Shown here: in pieces, positions 38,127-47,050 of the stretch
Layout: each line of letters starts with the position of its first letter
Position numbering within the stretch: position 1 is the first letter of the stretch
Source: Candidatus Micrarchaeota archaeon
GTDB lineage: Archaea; Micrarchaeota; Micrarchaeia; Anstonellales; Bilamarchaeaceae
DNA length: 64,000 nucleotides
Direction of reading: 5' to 3'
NCBI GenBank assembly: GCA_014730115.1
Contig: WJIU01000045.1
Location: 14,085 to 78,084 of the forward strand
Notes under the pieces: model-generated
What the model saw: only the letters and a program-made list of their open reading frames with translations
What the model was told of the DNA's origin: nothing
Database searches by the model: none
Made by a program: the position numbers and the translations under genes

Positions 38127-39610
38127 GAAAAATTCAGCGCATCAAGAAATCCCTGGATTAACGGCCAGTTAACTGCCATGATGTACAAAGCCAGCAAAGC
38201 CAAAATAAGCCATAGAATCCTGACCGGCTTCTTCACCAGCCACCTGAAAAGCCGCCTCCCCGGCTTGAAAACCGCAAAAGTAAATATTTTTCCAAGTGCC
38301 TTCAGGATGAAATCCAGGAGCTTCAAGAGGAATCCGAAGATTCCGTCCCATACCGAAGGCCCTTTTTTCTTCTGCTTTTCCCTTTTGCCTGGCTCCGGGG
38401 AGGCTGCATCCTGTTTCTCTGCTTTTCGGGCCATTTTGCCGGCTTTCTTCCGGGCGTATTTTCCAGCAAGCCTCTGGTCGGTTGCCTCAAGCATCTCATT
38501 GTCAGAAACCACATCCATTGTTGTGGCCGGAGCAAACATGGTAACCTCTTCGGGCGCTGTCTGATTACCTTTGCCGTCCAGGGTGGACACTATTGCAACC
38601 CCTGTAGGCATAGCCTTCAGTTTTTCCATAACATCAAGGCCGGTTTTGGGAAACGAGCCGGCCAGAGCCTTGAGCCTCCGGTTTCCCTTCTGGGTGAATA
38701 CCTTCTGGGAGAAGATAATCTTGGTGGACAGCTGGCTGAGTATCTCCTCGGGAAGGTCGGTGACGTCCTGGGTTACAAAAAACACCGAAACCCCCTTGGA
38801 ACGTATCTGCTTCAGGATTGTCACCATCAGGTCACGGAGAGACTTGTTGGAGTCCTTGAATAGATAGTGGGCCTCATCAAAGAATATTGCGTATTCCGGC
38901 CGGTCTGCATCGCCCTTTTCCGGCAGCTCGTAAAAGAGCTTCTGGAGAAGGAATGCCGGCGCAATTGAGACAAGCATGTTTTTCCTTGCATCCGAAAGGT
39001 TCAGGACATTCAGGCCCCTGAGGCTTGAAAGCGAAACGTCCGGCTTTCCAAAAAGCGCGCCTGCCCCGGATTCCTGCAGGGCAAGAACCTTCCGCTCAAT
39101 CACAGACACGCTGGAGGGGTTCAGCCCCCTCTGTTTTTTTTCAAGCAACTCATCCAGCAGGTCCAGAAGGTCCTCCAGGCCATCCACCTGTCTTTTGTTT
39201 TTGCCTGCATATGAAAATGCCAGGGCAAGATTGCTTTCCTGGGTGGAATTCAGGGAAAGCAGCCGGGAAAGCAGGACCGGCCCGGCATCGGACAGCGAAA
39301 ACCTGAGTGGCACCAGCCGGTTTCCTATGCTCCAGTAGTTTGCCTTCAGCGGCCGGGGCTGATAGGGCGCAAGCCTGTTTCTTTCATTTTCCTTTCCGGC
39401 GGCGCAGAAACCGGATGCGTCCCCTTTTACATCGGAAACAAAAACATTGACTCCGGCATCGGAAAGCTGCTCGGCGAGCACCTGCATGGTCCTGCTTTTC
39501 CCGGTGCCGGTGCTGCCGGCAATAAGCCCGTGCCTGGAAAGATACCGGAAAGGAAGAAGTGAAACCCTGCCTGAACTATCAATGCCTATGGAAGGCCCGT
39601 TCATGCACAT
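38123..39610 (-). CDS. HerA-like/DUF853-type P-loop NTPase with basic and hydrophobic C-terminal tail
   Basis: Walker A GSTGTGKSRT and Walker B AIFFDEAHYLF. The C-terminus has RKKAGKMARKAEK..KREKQKKKG followed by hydrophobic segments (ILWLILALLALYIMAV). Confidence 0.8.
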   Translation of the reverse strand: MCMNGPSIGIDSSGRVSLLPFRYLSRHGLIAGSTGTGKSRTMQVLAEQLSDAGVNVFVSDVKGDASGFCAAGKENERNRLAPYQPRPLKANYWSIGNRLVPLRFSLSDAGPVLLSRLLSLNSTQESNLALAFSYAGKNKRQVDGLEDLLDLLDELLEKKQRGLNPSSVSVIERKVLALQESGAGALFGKPDVSLSSLRGLNVLNLSDARKNMLVSIAPAFLLQKLFYELPEKGDADRPEYAIFFDEAHYLFKDSNKSLRDLMVTILKQIRSKGVSVFFVTQDVTDLPEEILSQLSTKIIFSQKVFTQKGNRRLKALAGSFPKTGLDVMEKLKAMPTGVAIVSTLDGKGNQTAPEEVTMFAPATTMDVVSDNEMLEATDQRLAGKYARKKAGKMARKAEKQDAASPEPGKREKQKKKGPSVWDGIFGFLLKLLDFILKALGKIFTFAVFKPGRRLFRWLVKKPVRILWLILALLALYIMAVNWPLIQGFLDALNFS

Positions 39611-39654
39611 ATTTCAATCCAACAAAATATAAATCTGAAACCAGATACTCATCC

Positions 39655-40380
39655 ATGAAGGTTTCCCTGCACACCCCGGAAAAGGATTCCCATAAGGGGG
39701 AAAATGGCAAGCTGCTCATTGTGGGCGGAAGCAAAACCTTCCACGGAGCCCCGATGCTTGCGATCCTGGCAGCCAGGCGGTTTGTGGACCTGGTGTTCCT
39801 TCTGCCGGGACAGAAGGATTCCCACCTGATTAATGCGGTCAAGACAATACCGGAGGCCATTGTTGTGTATGACATGAAAGGGCTCATGGACATGGACTGC
39901 GTGCTCTTCGGCACCGGGCTTGCAGAAGCGAAATTTGACATGAAAAAGCTGAAAGGGCCAAGGCTGGTGGTTGATGCGGACGGGCTGAAACGCATCAAGG
40001 GGAAGATACCTGCAGGAACCATACTCACCCCTCATGAAGGCGAATTCCGGATGCTCTTTGGCAAGCCGGGCACAGAAATGAATGTTAAGATAGCAGCGGC
40101 AAAGAACCGGTGCTTTATCCTGAAGAAAGGCCCGGCTGACATCATCAGCGACGGCAGAAAAGTTGTGAAAAACAGGGTGCACAACCCGGGAATGACAAAG
40201 GGGGGAACCGGAGACGTGCTGGCCGGGCTGGTGGCTGCCCTTGCCTGCAAGAATCCGCCCATGAAAGCCATGCAGGCCGCAGCCGCGATTGCTGGGCGGG
40301 CCGGAAACAGGTTAAAGAAAACGCACGGGTACAGCTACTGCGCATCCGACCTGGCAGAAGAGCTTGCCTTTGCAGTTTAG
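39655..40380 (+). CDS. nnrD: ADP-dependent NAD(P)H-hydrate dehydratase (YjeF C-terminal type)
   Basis: HKGENGKLLIVGGS and GGTGDVLAG. Confidence 0.85.
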   Translation: MKVSLHTPEKDSHKGENGKLLIVGGSKTFHGAPMLAILAARRFVDLVFLLPGQKDSHLINAVKTIPEAIVVYDMKGLMDMDCVLFGTGLAEAKFDMKKLKGPRLVVDADGLKRIKGKIPAGTILTPHEGEFRMLFGKPGTEMNVKIAAAKNRCFILKKGPADIISDGRKVVKNRVHNPGMTKGGTGDVLAGLVAALACKNPPMKAMQAAAAIAGRAGNRLKKTHGYSYCASDLAEELAFAV

Positions 40381-40416
40381 CCCTGTTTTTTATATTCTTC
40401 TCATCCAACATTTCCC

Positions 40417-41298
40417 ATGGAAAAAGTCAGGGATATTGACTTCGAAAACCCTTATGAAAATCTTGAAAATGTAGGGTTCCAGGCCACCAACATAGGAAAA
40501 GCGGTGGGGATAATCAGGAAAATGAAGGATGAAAATGCAACTGTTTTTTTCACTTTCACGTCCAACATGGTGGCTTCCGGCCTCAGGGGCATCATAAAGG
40601 AAATGTGCAAGAAGAAACTGGTGGACGCCATAATCACCGCGGGGGGAAGCCTGGACCACGATATCATCCGGTCGGAAAAGGACTATCTTATCGGGGATTT
40701 TCTGATGGATGATTCAGAGCTGCACAAGCAACAGATAAACAGGATTGGCAATATCCTGGTGCCGAACGAATGCTATCAGTACCTTGAGAGCTTCATGATG
40801 CCGGTTTTCAGGGAGCTGGAAGGAAAGACTGTTGCCCCTTCCGAGCTTGCAAAAAAAATCGGCGGGAAAACGGCAGAGGATTCGTTTCTTCACTGGTGCA
40901 CAAAAAACGACATTCCGGTGTTTTCACCAGGCATAACCGACTCGGCAATAGGACTTCAGACTTACTTTTACAAAAAACAGGACAATAAATTCTCAATAGA
41001 CGTTACCAGGGACATGGAAGCGCTTGCCCGGGTTTCCCTGGATGCAGAAAAAAGCGGGGGGATTATACTGGGGGGTGGTATTTCCAAGCACCATGCAATC
41101 GGAATCAACCTGCTGAGAGGGGGGTTTGACTATGCCGTTTACGTAACAACCTCCTCACCCTGGGACGGCTCCCTGAGCGGGGCACGGACAAATGAGGGGA
41201 TTTCCTGGGGGAAAATCAAGGAGAAAGCAACCCATGTAACTGTGGACTGTGACGCAACCATTGCGTTTCCTATAATAATCTCACCTTTCATTAAGTGA
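40417..41298 (+). CDS. dys: deoxyhypusine synthase
   Basis: SNMVASGLRGII, TAGGSLDHD and GGGISKHH. TATA-like TTTTTTATATTC lies 20-30 nt upstream. Confidence 0.88.
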   Translation: MEKVRDIDFENPYENLENVGFQATNIGKAVGIIRKMKDENATVFFTFTSNMVASGLRGIIKEMCKKKLVDAIITAGGSLDHDIIRSEKDYLIGDFLMDDSELHKQQINRIGNILVPNECYQYLESFMMPVFRELEGKTVAPSELAKKIGGKTAEDSFLHWCTKNDIPVFSPGITDSAIGLQTYFYKKQDNKFSIDVTRDMEALARVSLDAEKSGGIILGGGISKHHAIGINLLRGGFDYAVYVTTSSPWDGSLSGARTNEGISWGKIKEKATHVTVDCDATIAFPIIISPFIK

Positions 41299-41302
41299 TA
41301 AG

Positions 41303-41821
41303 ATGCTCGTACACTACATTCTTGCTTTCTTCACCGGCGTCCTGGTCAAGACAGTTGACTGGCTGGACGATGACATCAAAAGCAAGCACCCCATAAAGTT
41401 TGTGCTGGCAGCCCTTTACGGACTGGGCATAGGCTATCTTATCAGCAATGCGAGCTTTGCCATGCTTTTCCTTGGAGTTCTGGTTGCGATGGTGTTTGCA
41501 AGAAAAATTGACACCCTTGCGCACCGGCTGGGATTCCTGGTGGCTTCGCTTTCCCTCCTCTTCTTCGGGCTGCCGGAGATTGTTATTTATCTGTTTGTGT
41601 ACTTCCTGCTTCTGGGGTTCCTGGACGAGATTGACTTCATAGGCAGATGGAGGCTCCTGGAAACATACCGGCCCCTACTCCAGATAGGCTCCCTGGCGCT
41701 GGTTCTTATCGGAAGATGGGATTTCTTTTTCTCAATAATTGCATTTGACATAGGATACCTGACAATAAGCTTCCACGGCAAAAGATTCCAAAAACATAAA
41801 AAAATAAAAAAGAAAAGATGA
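41303..41821 (+). CDS. polytopic membrane protein, unknown function
   Basis: About 5 hydrophobic segments and a Lys-rich end (KHKKIKKKR). Stop overlaps the priL start (ATGA). Confidence 0.6.
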   Translation: MLVHYILAFFTGVLVKTVDWLDDDIKSKHPIKFVLAALYGLGIGYLISNASFAMLFLGVLVAMVFARKIDTLAHRLGFLVASLSLLFFGLPEIVIYLFVYFLLLGFLDEIDFIGRWRLLETYRPLLQIGSLALVLIGRWDFFFSIIAFDIGYLTISFHGKRFQKHKKIKKKR

Positions 41822-42759
41822 TTATGGATGACCTTGATTTTGCCTTGAAATACCCTTTCTCCAGCGAAGCCAAGCAGATTGTGCAGAATATACACCTGAC
41901 CGACAGGGTCCTGGAGCTTGGCGCGGAAAGGATAAAAAAAGCACTCCGGGGGGAAAGCAAAGCCAGGGTTGTTCTGAACCAGGAGGGAAAAAAGGAGGAT
42001 ATTGCATCATTTGCAGCGGCAAGAATGATTCTGGGCTTCATGAAGAACACGTTTCTCACCAATAAATTCGCAGTTAATGAATCAAAAGTAGTGCGGAGCC
42101 ATCTGGACAAAGAGGACAAAAAAACAGTAGAGAGAGTAGCCGCCCGTTTCGACATCTTCCCGGAAAACAGGAACAATACTATGCTGCTGGACCTCCCCAC
42201 CTATGTGAGGTTCAGTGTCCGCTCCCCATATTACCGCTTGGTCAACAGAAAGCTGACAAACGGATTCGTGGAGATAAACGACAATGACCTGAGAAGGCTG
42301 GTTGAAGAGGCAGTCCGCAAGCATACCGAGGATATACCCGTTGTCAGGGACCCTCCCAAGCAGGTAAAGCATATAGCAGAGCGCATTATTGAGGAGCTTC
42401 CCAAAAGCGAGACCACCATAAACGCGAAAGAGGGGGACCACCCCCCCTGCATACTGAACCTGCTGGAAAGTGCAAAGAAGCACCAGAACCTCAACCATTC
42501 GGCAAGATGGTACCTGGCCACCTACCTGAATGCGATAGGAATGGGGGAGGATGCAATCACCGGCATATATGCCCAGCTGCCTGATTTCAATGAGAAAACA
42601 ACCCGGTACCAGATAAAGCACCTGAGGAGAAAGGGCTACAATGTTCCGTCCTGCTCTACGGTAATGAGCTACGGCCTCTGCGTGGCTTCCTGCAGGACAG
42701 GAAATCCGGTAAGATGGCACAAGCTCAGCGAATCCAGGAAAAAGGAGATTTTGAAATGA
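41818..42759 (+). CDS. priL: DNA primase large subunit PriL
   Basis: C-terminal Fe-S cysteines (PPCILNLL, PSCSTVMSYGLCVASC). ATGA overlap with priS. Confidence 0.85.
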   Translation: MIMDDLDFALKYPFSSEAKQIVQNIHLTDRVLELGAERIKKALRGESKARVVLNQEGKKEDIASFAAARMILGFMKNTFLTNKFAVNESKVVRSHLDKEDKKTVERVAARFDIFPENRNNTMLLDLPTYVRFSVRSPYYRLVNRKLTNGFVEINDNDLRRLVEEAVRKHTEDIPVVRDPPKQVKHIAERIIEELPKSETTINAKEGDHPPCILNLLESAKKHQNLNHSARWYLATYLNAIGMGEDAITGIYAQLPDFNEKTTRYQIKHLRRKGYNVPSCSTVMSYGLCVASCRTGNPVRWHKLSESRKKEILK

Positions 42760-43850
42760 GACCCGAAGACCTCAAGAAAATAAAGCAGATTTTTGCTGCC
42801 TACTATGAGATTGCAGAGTTCTCGATACCCTCCCTGGAGCAGCGGGAATTCGGGGTTGGTAATGTAAAAAAGATTGACGCGAGGCATCTTGATTTTGCAA
42901 ACCTTTCCGCATTCCGGACCTACCTCTGCAACAACACCCCATTGTTTGTTTCCCATTCAGCGGCATACTATGGATTTCCCGGAGCCACACCCATGCAGAA
43001 AAAGCAATGGAAAGGCGCAGACCTTATCTTTGACCTTGACATCCATGCCGAAGGCAGGTACGGGGCATACCCCAAGCTTGATGAAATAAAAGAGGACCTG
43101 CAGAGGCTGGTAAACGATTTCCTTCTCAACGATTTCGGAATCAAGAGGGAGCATATTACCACCGTATTCTCCGGAAACAGGGGCTATCATGTGCATGTCA
43201 GGGACCCTGCTTACATTGCCCTTGGGGGAGACGAAAGAAGGGAGCTTGTGGATTACATCATGGGACAGGGTCTGAACTACGGGGATTTTTTCCGTTTTAC
43301 TGACACCAGCCCCAAGAAGCTCATGGGCCCTGTTCCTGAAGAAGGAGGTTACCGGGGAAGGCTTGCCAGAAAAACAATCCAGGTCCTGGAAAATAAGCCG
43401 ACCAGGCTATCCCGGCTGTTTTCAAAAAAAGAAAAACGGGATTTCTTTGTCGGCGGCATCCGGGAGGGGAACTGGAGCAAGACCTCCCTGAAGCTCAATG
43501 ACCTCCTCTCCAGGCTTCAGGCAGTGGCAGAATCCCTGCCGGTAAGCTCGGTTAACACAGACGCAGGCGTAACCCAGGACCTCAGCAAACTGATAAGGGT
43601 TCCCAACAGCATACACGGGGAAACTGGCCTTGTTGCAAAAATCGTAAAAGACGTTGATTCGTTCCAGCCACTGAGAGATGCCCTCCTGGAAAGCCCTACC
43701 GAAATCAAGATTAAATTCCTGGAAGATGTGCCTGAACTGGCCATAAAGGATGAAACAACGGGTTTTAGAAAAGGCGATGTCAGAGAGCTTTCCCAGCCGG
43801 TCGCACTATTCTATATACTGAAGGGAAGTGCAGAATTGTATAAAAATTAG
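42756..43850 (+). CDS. priS: DNA primase small (catalytic) subunit PriS
   Basis: LIFDLDIH and SGNRGYHVHV catalytic motifs. Confidence 0.9.
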   Translation: MRPEDLKKIKQIFAAYYEIAEFSIPSLEQREFGVGNVKKIDARHLDFANLSAFRTYLCNNTPLFVSHSAAYYGFPGATPMQKKQWKGADLIFDLDIHAEGRYGAYPKLDEIKEDLQRLVNDFLLNDFGIKREHITTVFSGNRGYHVHVRDPAYIALGGDERRELVDYIMGQGLNYGDFFRFTDTSPKKLMGPVPEEGGYRGRLARKTIQVLENKPTRLSRLFSKKEKRDFFVGGIREGNWSKTSLKLNDLLSRLQAVAESLPVSSVNTDAGVTQDLSKLIRVPNSIHGETGLVAKIVKDVDSFQPLRDALLESPTEIKIKFLEDVPELAIKDETTGFRKGDVRELSQPVALFYILKGSAELYKN

Positions 43851-43862
43851 GGGAAAAAAGAA

Positions 43863-44273
43863 TTACTTCTTTTCAGCCCTGGAAAGCTGAATCCTGGGCG
43901 GAATCAAAGGTGCGGTAAGGCCAAGTACCCTTGCAAGCAGGGTGCCGTTTGCACTTCCGCTGTAATTGATTGCGCTGAGAACCGTGGTTGCGTAATCCTC
44001 CGGAACTTTCTTTTCCTTTTTCCAGGTATCCAGTATCTCTTTGATTTTCTTGTCCTCTTCCTTTCCCAGAAGAACGCCCTTGATTTTGATTTCACCGACA
44101 TCTTCATTGTAGGATGCGGTATAAACATAAGTGATTTCCAGATATTCATCGCCTTTTTTGACTTCTTCGAGTGCGATGTTGATGTTCAGGCCCTTGACCG
44201 GTTCCCTTTTCTTTTTGTTTCCGCTAACTTCCAGTATTCGTTCTCCAACTATCATGGCATTCGCCTCATTCAA
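43863..44273 (-). CDS. hypothetical Lys/Glu-rich protein
   Basis: 136-aa ORF with clean coding appearance and no recognised motif. Confidence 0.5.
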   Translation of the reverse strand: MNEANAMIVGERILEVSGNKKKREPVKGLNINIALEEVKKGDEYLEITYVYTASYNEDVGEIKIKGVLLGKEEDKKIKEILDTWKKEKKVPEDYATTVLSAINYSGSANGTLLARVLGLTAPLIPPRIQLSRAEKK

Positions 44274-44361
44274 GTAGTAATTCCTACTCTATAGGGGAAA
44301 CTATTTAAAGACTAGCCGAATGGGCATTTGTTAAAAAGAATTTGCCAGCAAGAAGAGTGTT

Positions 44362-45558
44362 ATGGCTTCTTTTGACAGAATACTTTCACAGAAATCCATC
44401 TTTAGAAATCTATCAGTTCTATCTCCCCACTACGTACCAAAGGAGTTGCCTTTCCGGGAGCAGCACATAGAAGAGATAATGACTGTAGTTTCCCCGGCGC
44501 TCAAGGGACAGAAGCCAAGAAACCTGTTCATGTACGGAAAAACAGGAACAGGAAAGACCTGCTGCATGAAACGGGTCATGGAAGATTTTTTGGAGGCAGG
44601 CAGGGAAAAGAAAACAAGCATGCACTACGTAAACTGCAGAATATACAACTCCCGCTACAGGATAATGCAGAAGATAATGAAGAATTATGTTCCCGAGCTT
44701 GAGAAATCCGGCTTCGGACTGCCGTTCCTTTATGAAAAGCTTGTTGAAATCTGCTCCGGAGGCGAGCAGATGGTAGTAATCCTGGATGAAATAGACATGA
44801 CCAAGGACCTTGATGAGCTTGTTTATACCCTGACCAGGGCAAACGATGAGATAAACGGGGGAGGGGTTAGCATGGTGGGCATATCCAACAAGCTGTCCTT
44901 TAAGGATTCGCTGGATCCCAGAAGCAAGAGCAGCCTCTATGAAACAGAAATGATATTCCAGCCCTACACCGCTGAGCAGCTCCAGAGGATACTGGAGCAG
45001 CGGGCTGAGAAAGGGTTTGAGAAAGAAGTGGTAAACTCCTCTGCAATCAACCTCACTGCAGCAATAACATCACAGGAAAGCGGGGATGCCCGCTATGCGC
45101 TCAAACTTCTCAACAAGGCAGGGGAGATTGCACAGCAGAATGGGAAGAACAAGGTGACCGATGAAGATGTTGAAACCGCCCGGAAAAAGGTGGAGGTTGA
45201 CCTCACAATTGAAACAGTCAATACACTTCCCGAGATGCACCAGATAGTGCTTTACGCCATATGCGACCTTTCAGTCTCCGGCAGCAGGTATGCCCGGCTG
45301 CAGGGCTTTGAAAACAGCATGCTTTTTTCGGGGGAAGTGTACGAAGAATACGAAAAAATCTGCAAAAATCTGAGAAAACGGCCCCGCAGCTCCAGATGGT
45401 ACAAGGAGTATTTGAACGACCTCGAGGTCCTGGGGCTCATAACCACAACTCCCAGCGGCAAGGGAGTAAGGGGCCAGACCACCCTGGTAAGGATGGGGCA
45501 GGAGCCCAGGTGCATGCTGGATATACTGAAAAAGAGCCTTTTCAGCGAATATTCCTGA
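44362..45558 (+). CDS. cdc6: Orc1/Cdc6 replication initiator
   Basis: Walker A GKTGTGKT, Walker B VVILDEID, and a C-terminal winged helix. Confidence 0.9.
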   Translation: MASFDRILSQKSIFRNLSVLSPHYVPKELPFREQHIEEIMTVVSPALKGQKPRNLFMYGKTGTGKTCCMKRVMEDFLEAGREKKTSMHYVNCRIYNSRYRIMQKIMKNYVPELEKSGFGLPFLYEKLVEICSGGEQMVVILDEIDMTKDLDELVYTLTRANDEINGGGVSMVGISNKLSFKDSLDPRSKSSLYETEMIFQPYTAEQLQRILEQRAEKGFEKEVVNSSAINLTAAITSQESGDARYALKLLNKAGEIAQQNGKNKVTDEDVETARKKVEVDLTIETVNTLPEMHQIVLYAICDLSVSGSRYARLQGFENSMLFSGEVYEEYEKICKNLRKRPRSSRWYKEYLNDLEVLGLITTTPSGKGVRGQTTLVRMGQEPRCMLDILKKSLFSEYS

Positions 45559-45559
45559 A

Positions 45560-45904
45560 TCATCCGCCGTTTCTGGCAAAGAAATGGAATGCAGAAAACA
45601 GGATAAATCCTATAAAGGCAGCAATGGTAAATTCCTTCATTTCAATGGAATAAAGTGAAATAATGAATGCAAAAAGGCTGACAAGTGCCATTTTAAAGAA
45701 AATAGACGAAAGGCTCATGTCAATCTCAAAATCGCTGGGCGCTTCCTCGGATTTTCTTTTCTTCAGCATTTCATAATAAGAATCCCCAGTCTTGAGCGGA
45801 GGCCCATCATATCCGCAGTCCCCACATCTCACTGCCATTCCGGTGAATACAATATCAGAGCTTTCCAGCTCTTTTCCGCACTTTGGACATCTGGGAGAAG
45901 CCAT
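45560..45904 (-). CDS. zinc-ribbon membrane protein
   Basis: CPKCG...CGDCG ribbon followed by two hydrophobic segments. Confidence 0.6.
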   Translation of the reverse strand: MASPRCPKCGKELESSDIVFTGMAVRCGDCGYDGPPLKTGDSYYEMLKKRKSEEAPSDFEIDMSLSSIFFKMALVSLFAFIISLYSIEMKEFTIAAFIGFILFSAFHFFARNGG

Positions 45905-45975
45905 CTTATCTTCTGAAATAATTGTGCATGAAAATGTTTAAAAATGCTTATTAACTCAATTTAACATGTTGGCCC

Positions 45976-46962
45976 ATGAAAAGAAAACTTGAGATAACCC
46001 GAAAGCTGGAATTCATGGCAGTTTCCAGCCATCCGAAAAAACTGGGGAACCTTCTTGAAAACTCTGTTGCGATTTTGAACCTGCCCGCTTCCTTCCACTG
46101 TGACAAAGGCTGCCCGGGGTGTGTAATGCAGAAGGACGATGCGATACTGAAGGAAAGAGAGGGGGCGCTTCCCAGGTGGAAAATTTTCAGCCTTATTTCC
46201 GAATTCTCAGAAAAATTCGGCACAAAGTTTATCACGATAAACGGGAGAGGGGGGCCCCTTCATCCCATGGTGAAGGGGGAGACTCTGGAGAAAATACAAT
46301 ATGCAGAGGCAAGGGGCATTTCATCCTACCTCTTCACATCCGGGGATTACCTGGAGCCTGAGACGTGTGAGCTTCTTGCGGCTTTGGGAAGCAACGTCAT
46401 GATAAGCCTGCTTGGCAACGGATTCCTGGACAAAGACTTTTTCTCCGGCAGGGAATACCAGGGAACCCCAAAAACCATTGCAGGGAATGTCCGGATGCTG
46501 ATAAGCGCATTCCGGGATTCGCGGAACCAGCCGGAAGAAGGGCTGACCCGCCTGGGAATGAATTATGTGGTTTCCAGAAGGGACCTCAAAAAGCCGGCCA
46601 GGCTGAGGGAGCTGAAAAAGGCCGCCAACGACAACGGCATCTTTTTTGTGTGCAATGTTGATTTTGAGCCTGACCTTAATCCTTTCAGAAGGGCCAGGCT
46701 GCTGCGGCTTGCAAAGGAATGCAGCGACTTTAATCTCAGCCACAGCACCTCTGTAAAAGGCATCTGCCAGATGGGCGCAGGCTCTTCCCTGACAATCGCG
46801 CCTGACGGGAGCATCTACCACTGCCCCTACATGTATGAAGGCAGCGACGGCAATATAACAACTGTTTCTGAAGAGCAGCTCCTGAGGATTGCGGCCAGGT
46901 ACATAACCCAGGAGCAGTACGCCTGCATCAAAAGAAAAACAAAAGCACAGAAAAAGCGCTGA
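45976..46962 (+). CDS. radical SAM protein with SPASM-like C-terminal Cys cluster
   Basis: CDKGCPGC (CxxxCxxC). Later CNVD.., CQMGAGSSLTIAPDGSIYHCPYM. Confidence 0.78.
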   Translation: MKRKLEITRKLEFMAVSSHPKKLGNLLENSVAILNLPASFHCDKGCPGCVMQKDDAILKEREGALPRWKIFSLISEFSEKFGTKFITINGRGGPLHPMVKGETLEKIQYAEARGISSYLFTSGDYLEPETCELLAALGSNVMISLLGNGFLDKDFFSGREYQGTPKTIAGNVRMLISAFRDSRNQPEEGLTRLGMNYVVSRRDLKKPARLRELKKAANDNGIFFVCNVDFEPDLNPFRRARLLRLAKECSDFNLSHSTSVKGICQMGAGSSLTIAPDGSIYHCPYMYEGSDGNITTVSEEQLLRIAARYITQEQYACIKRKTKAQKKR

Positions 46963-47039
46963 GGGGGAGATTTGAACTCCCGAGTGCAAAGCACACAAGG
47001 TTAGCAACCTTGCGCCCTACCAGACTAGGCGACCTCAGC
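46957..47039 (-). tRNA. tRNA-Ser(GCU), intron-less class II tRNA
   Basis: Acceptor GCTGAGG/CCTCAGC plus G73. Anticodon arm CAAGG-TTGCTAA-CCTTG. Long variable arm TGTGCTTTGCACTC. T-arm GGGAG-TTCAAAT-CTCCC. Confidence 0.9.
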
Positions 47040-47050
47040 TTGATGAACAT

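Noticed and set aside
44274-44361. Possible replication origin next to orc1/cdc6. An ORB-like TAGGGGAAAC sits at about 44300, and a similar TAGGGGAAAA at about 43850.
   Set aside because: The intergenic region is only 88 nt. There are no inverted ORB pairs flanking an AT-rich unwinding element, and the two motif copies are short and in direct orientation. The evidence is insufficient to call oriC.
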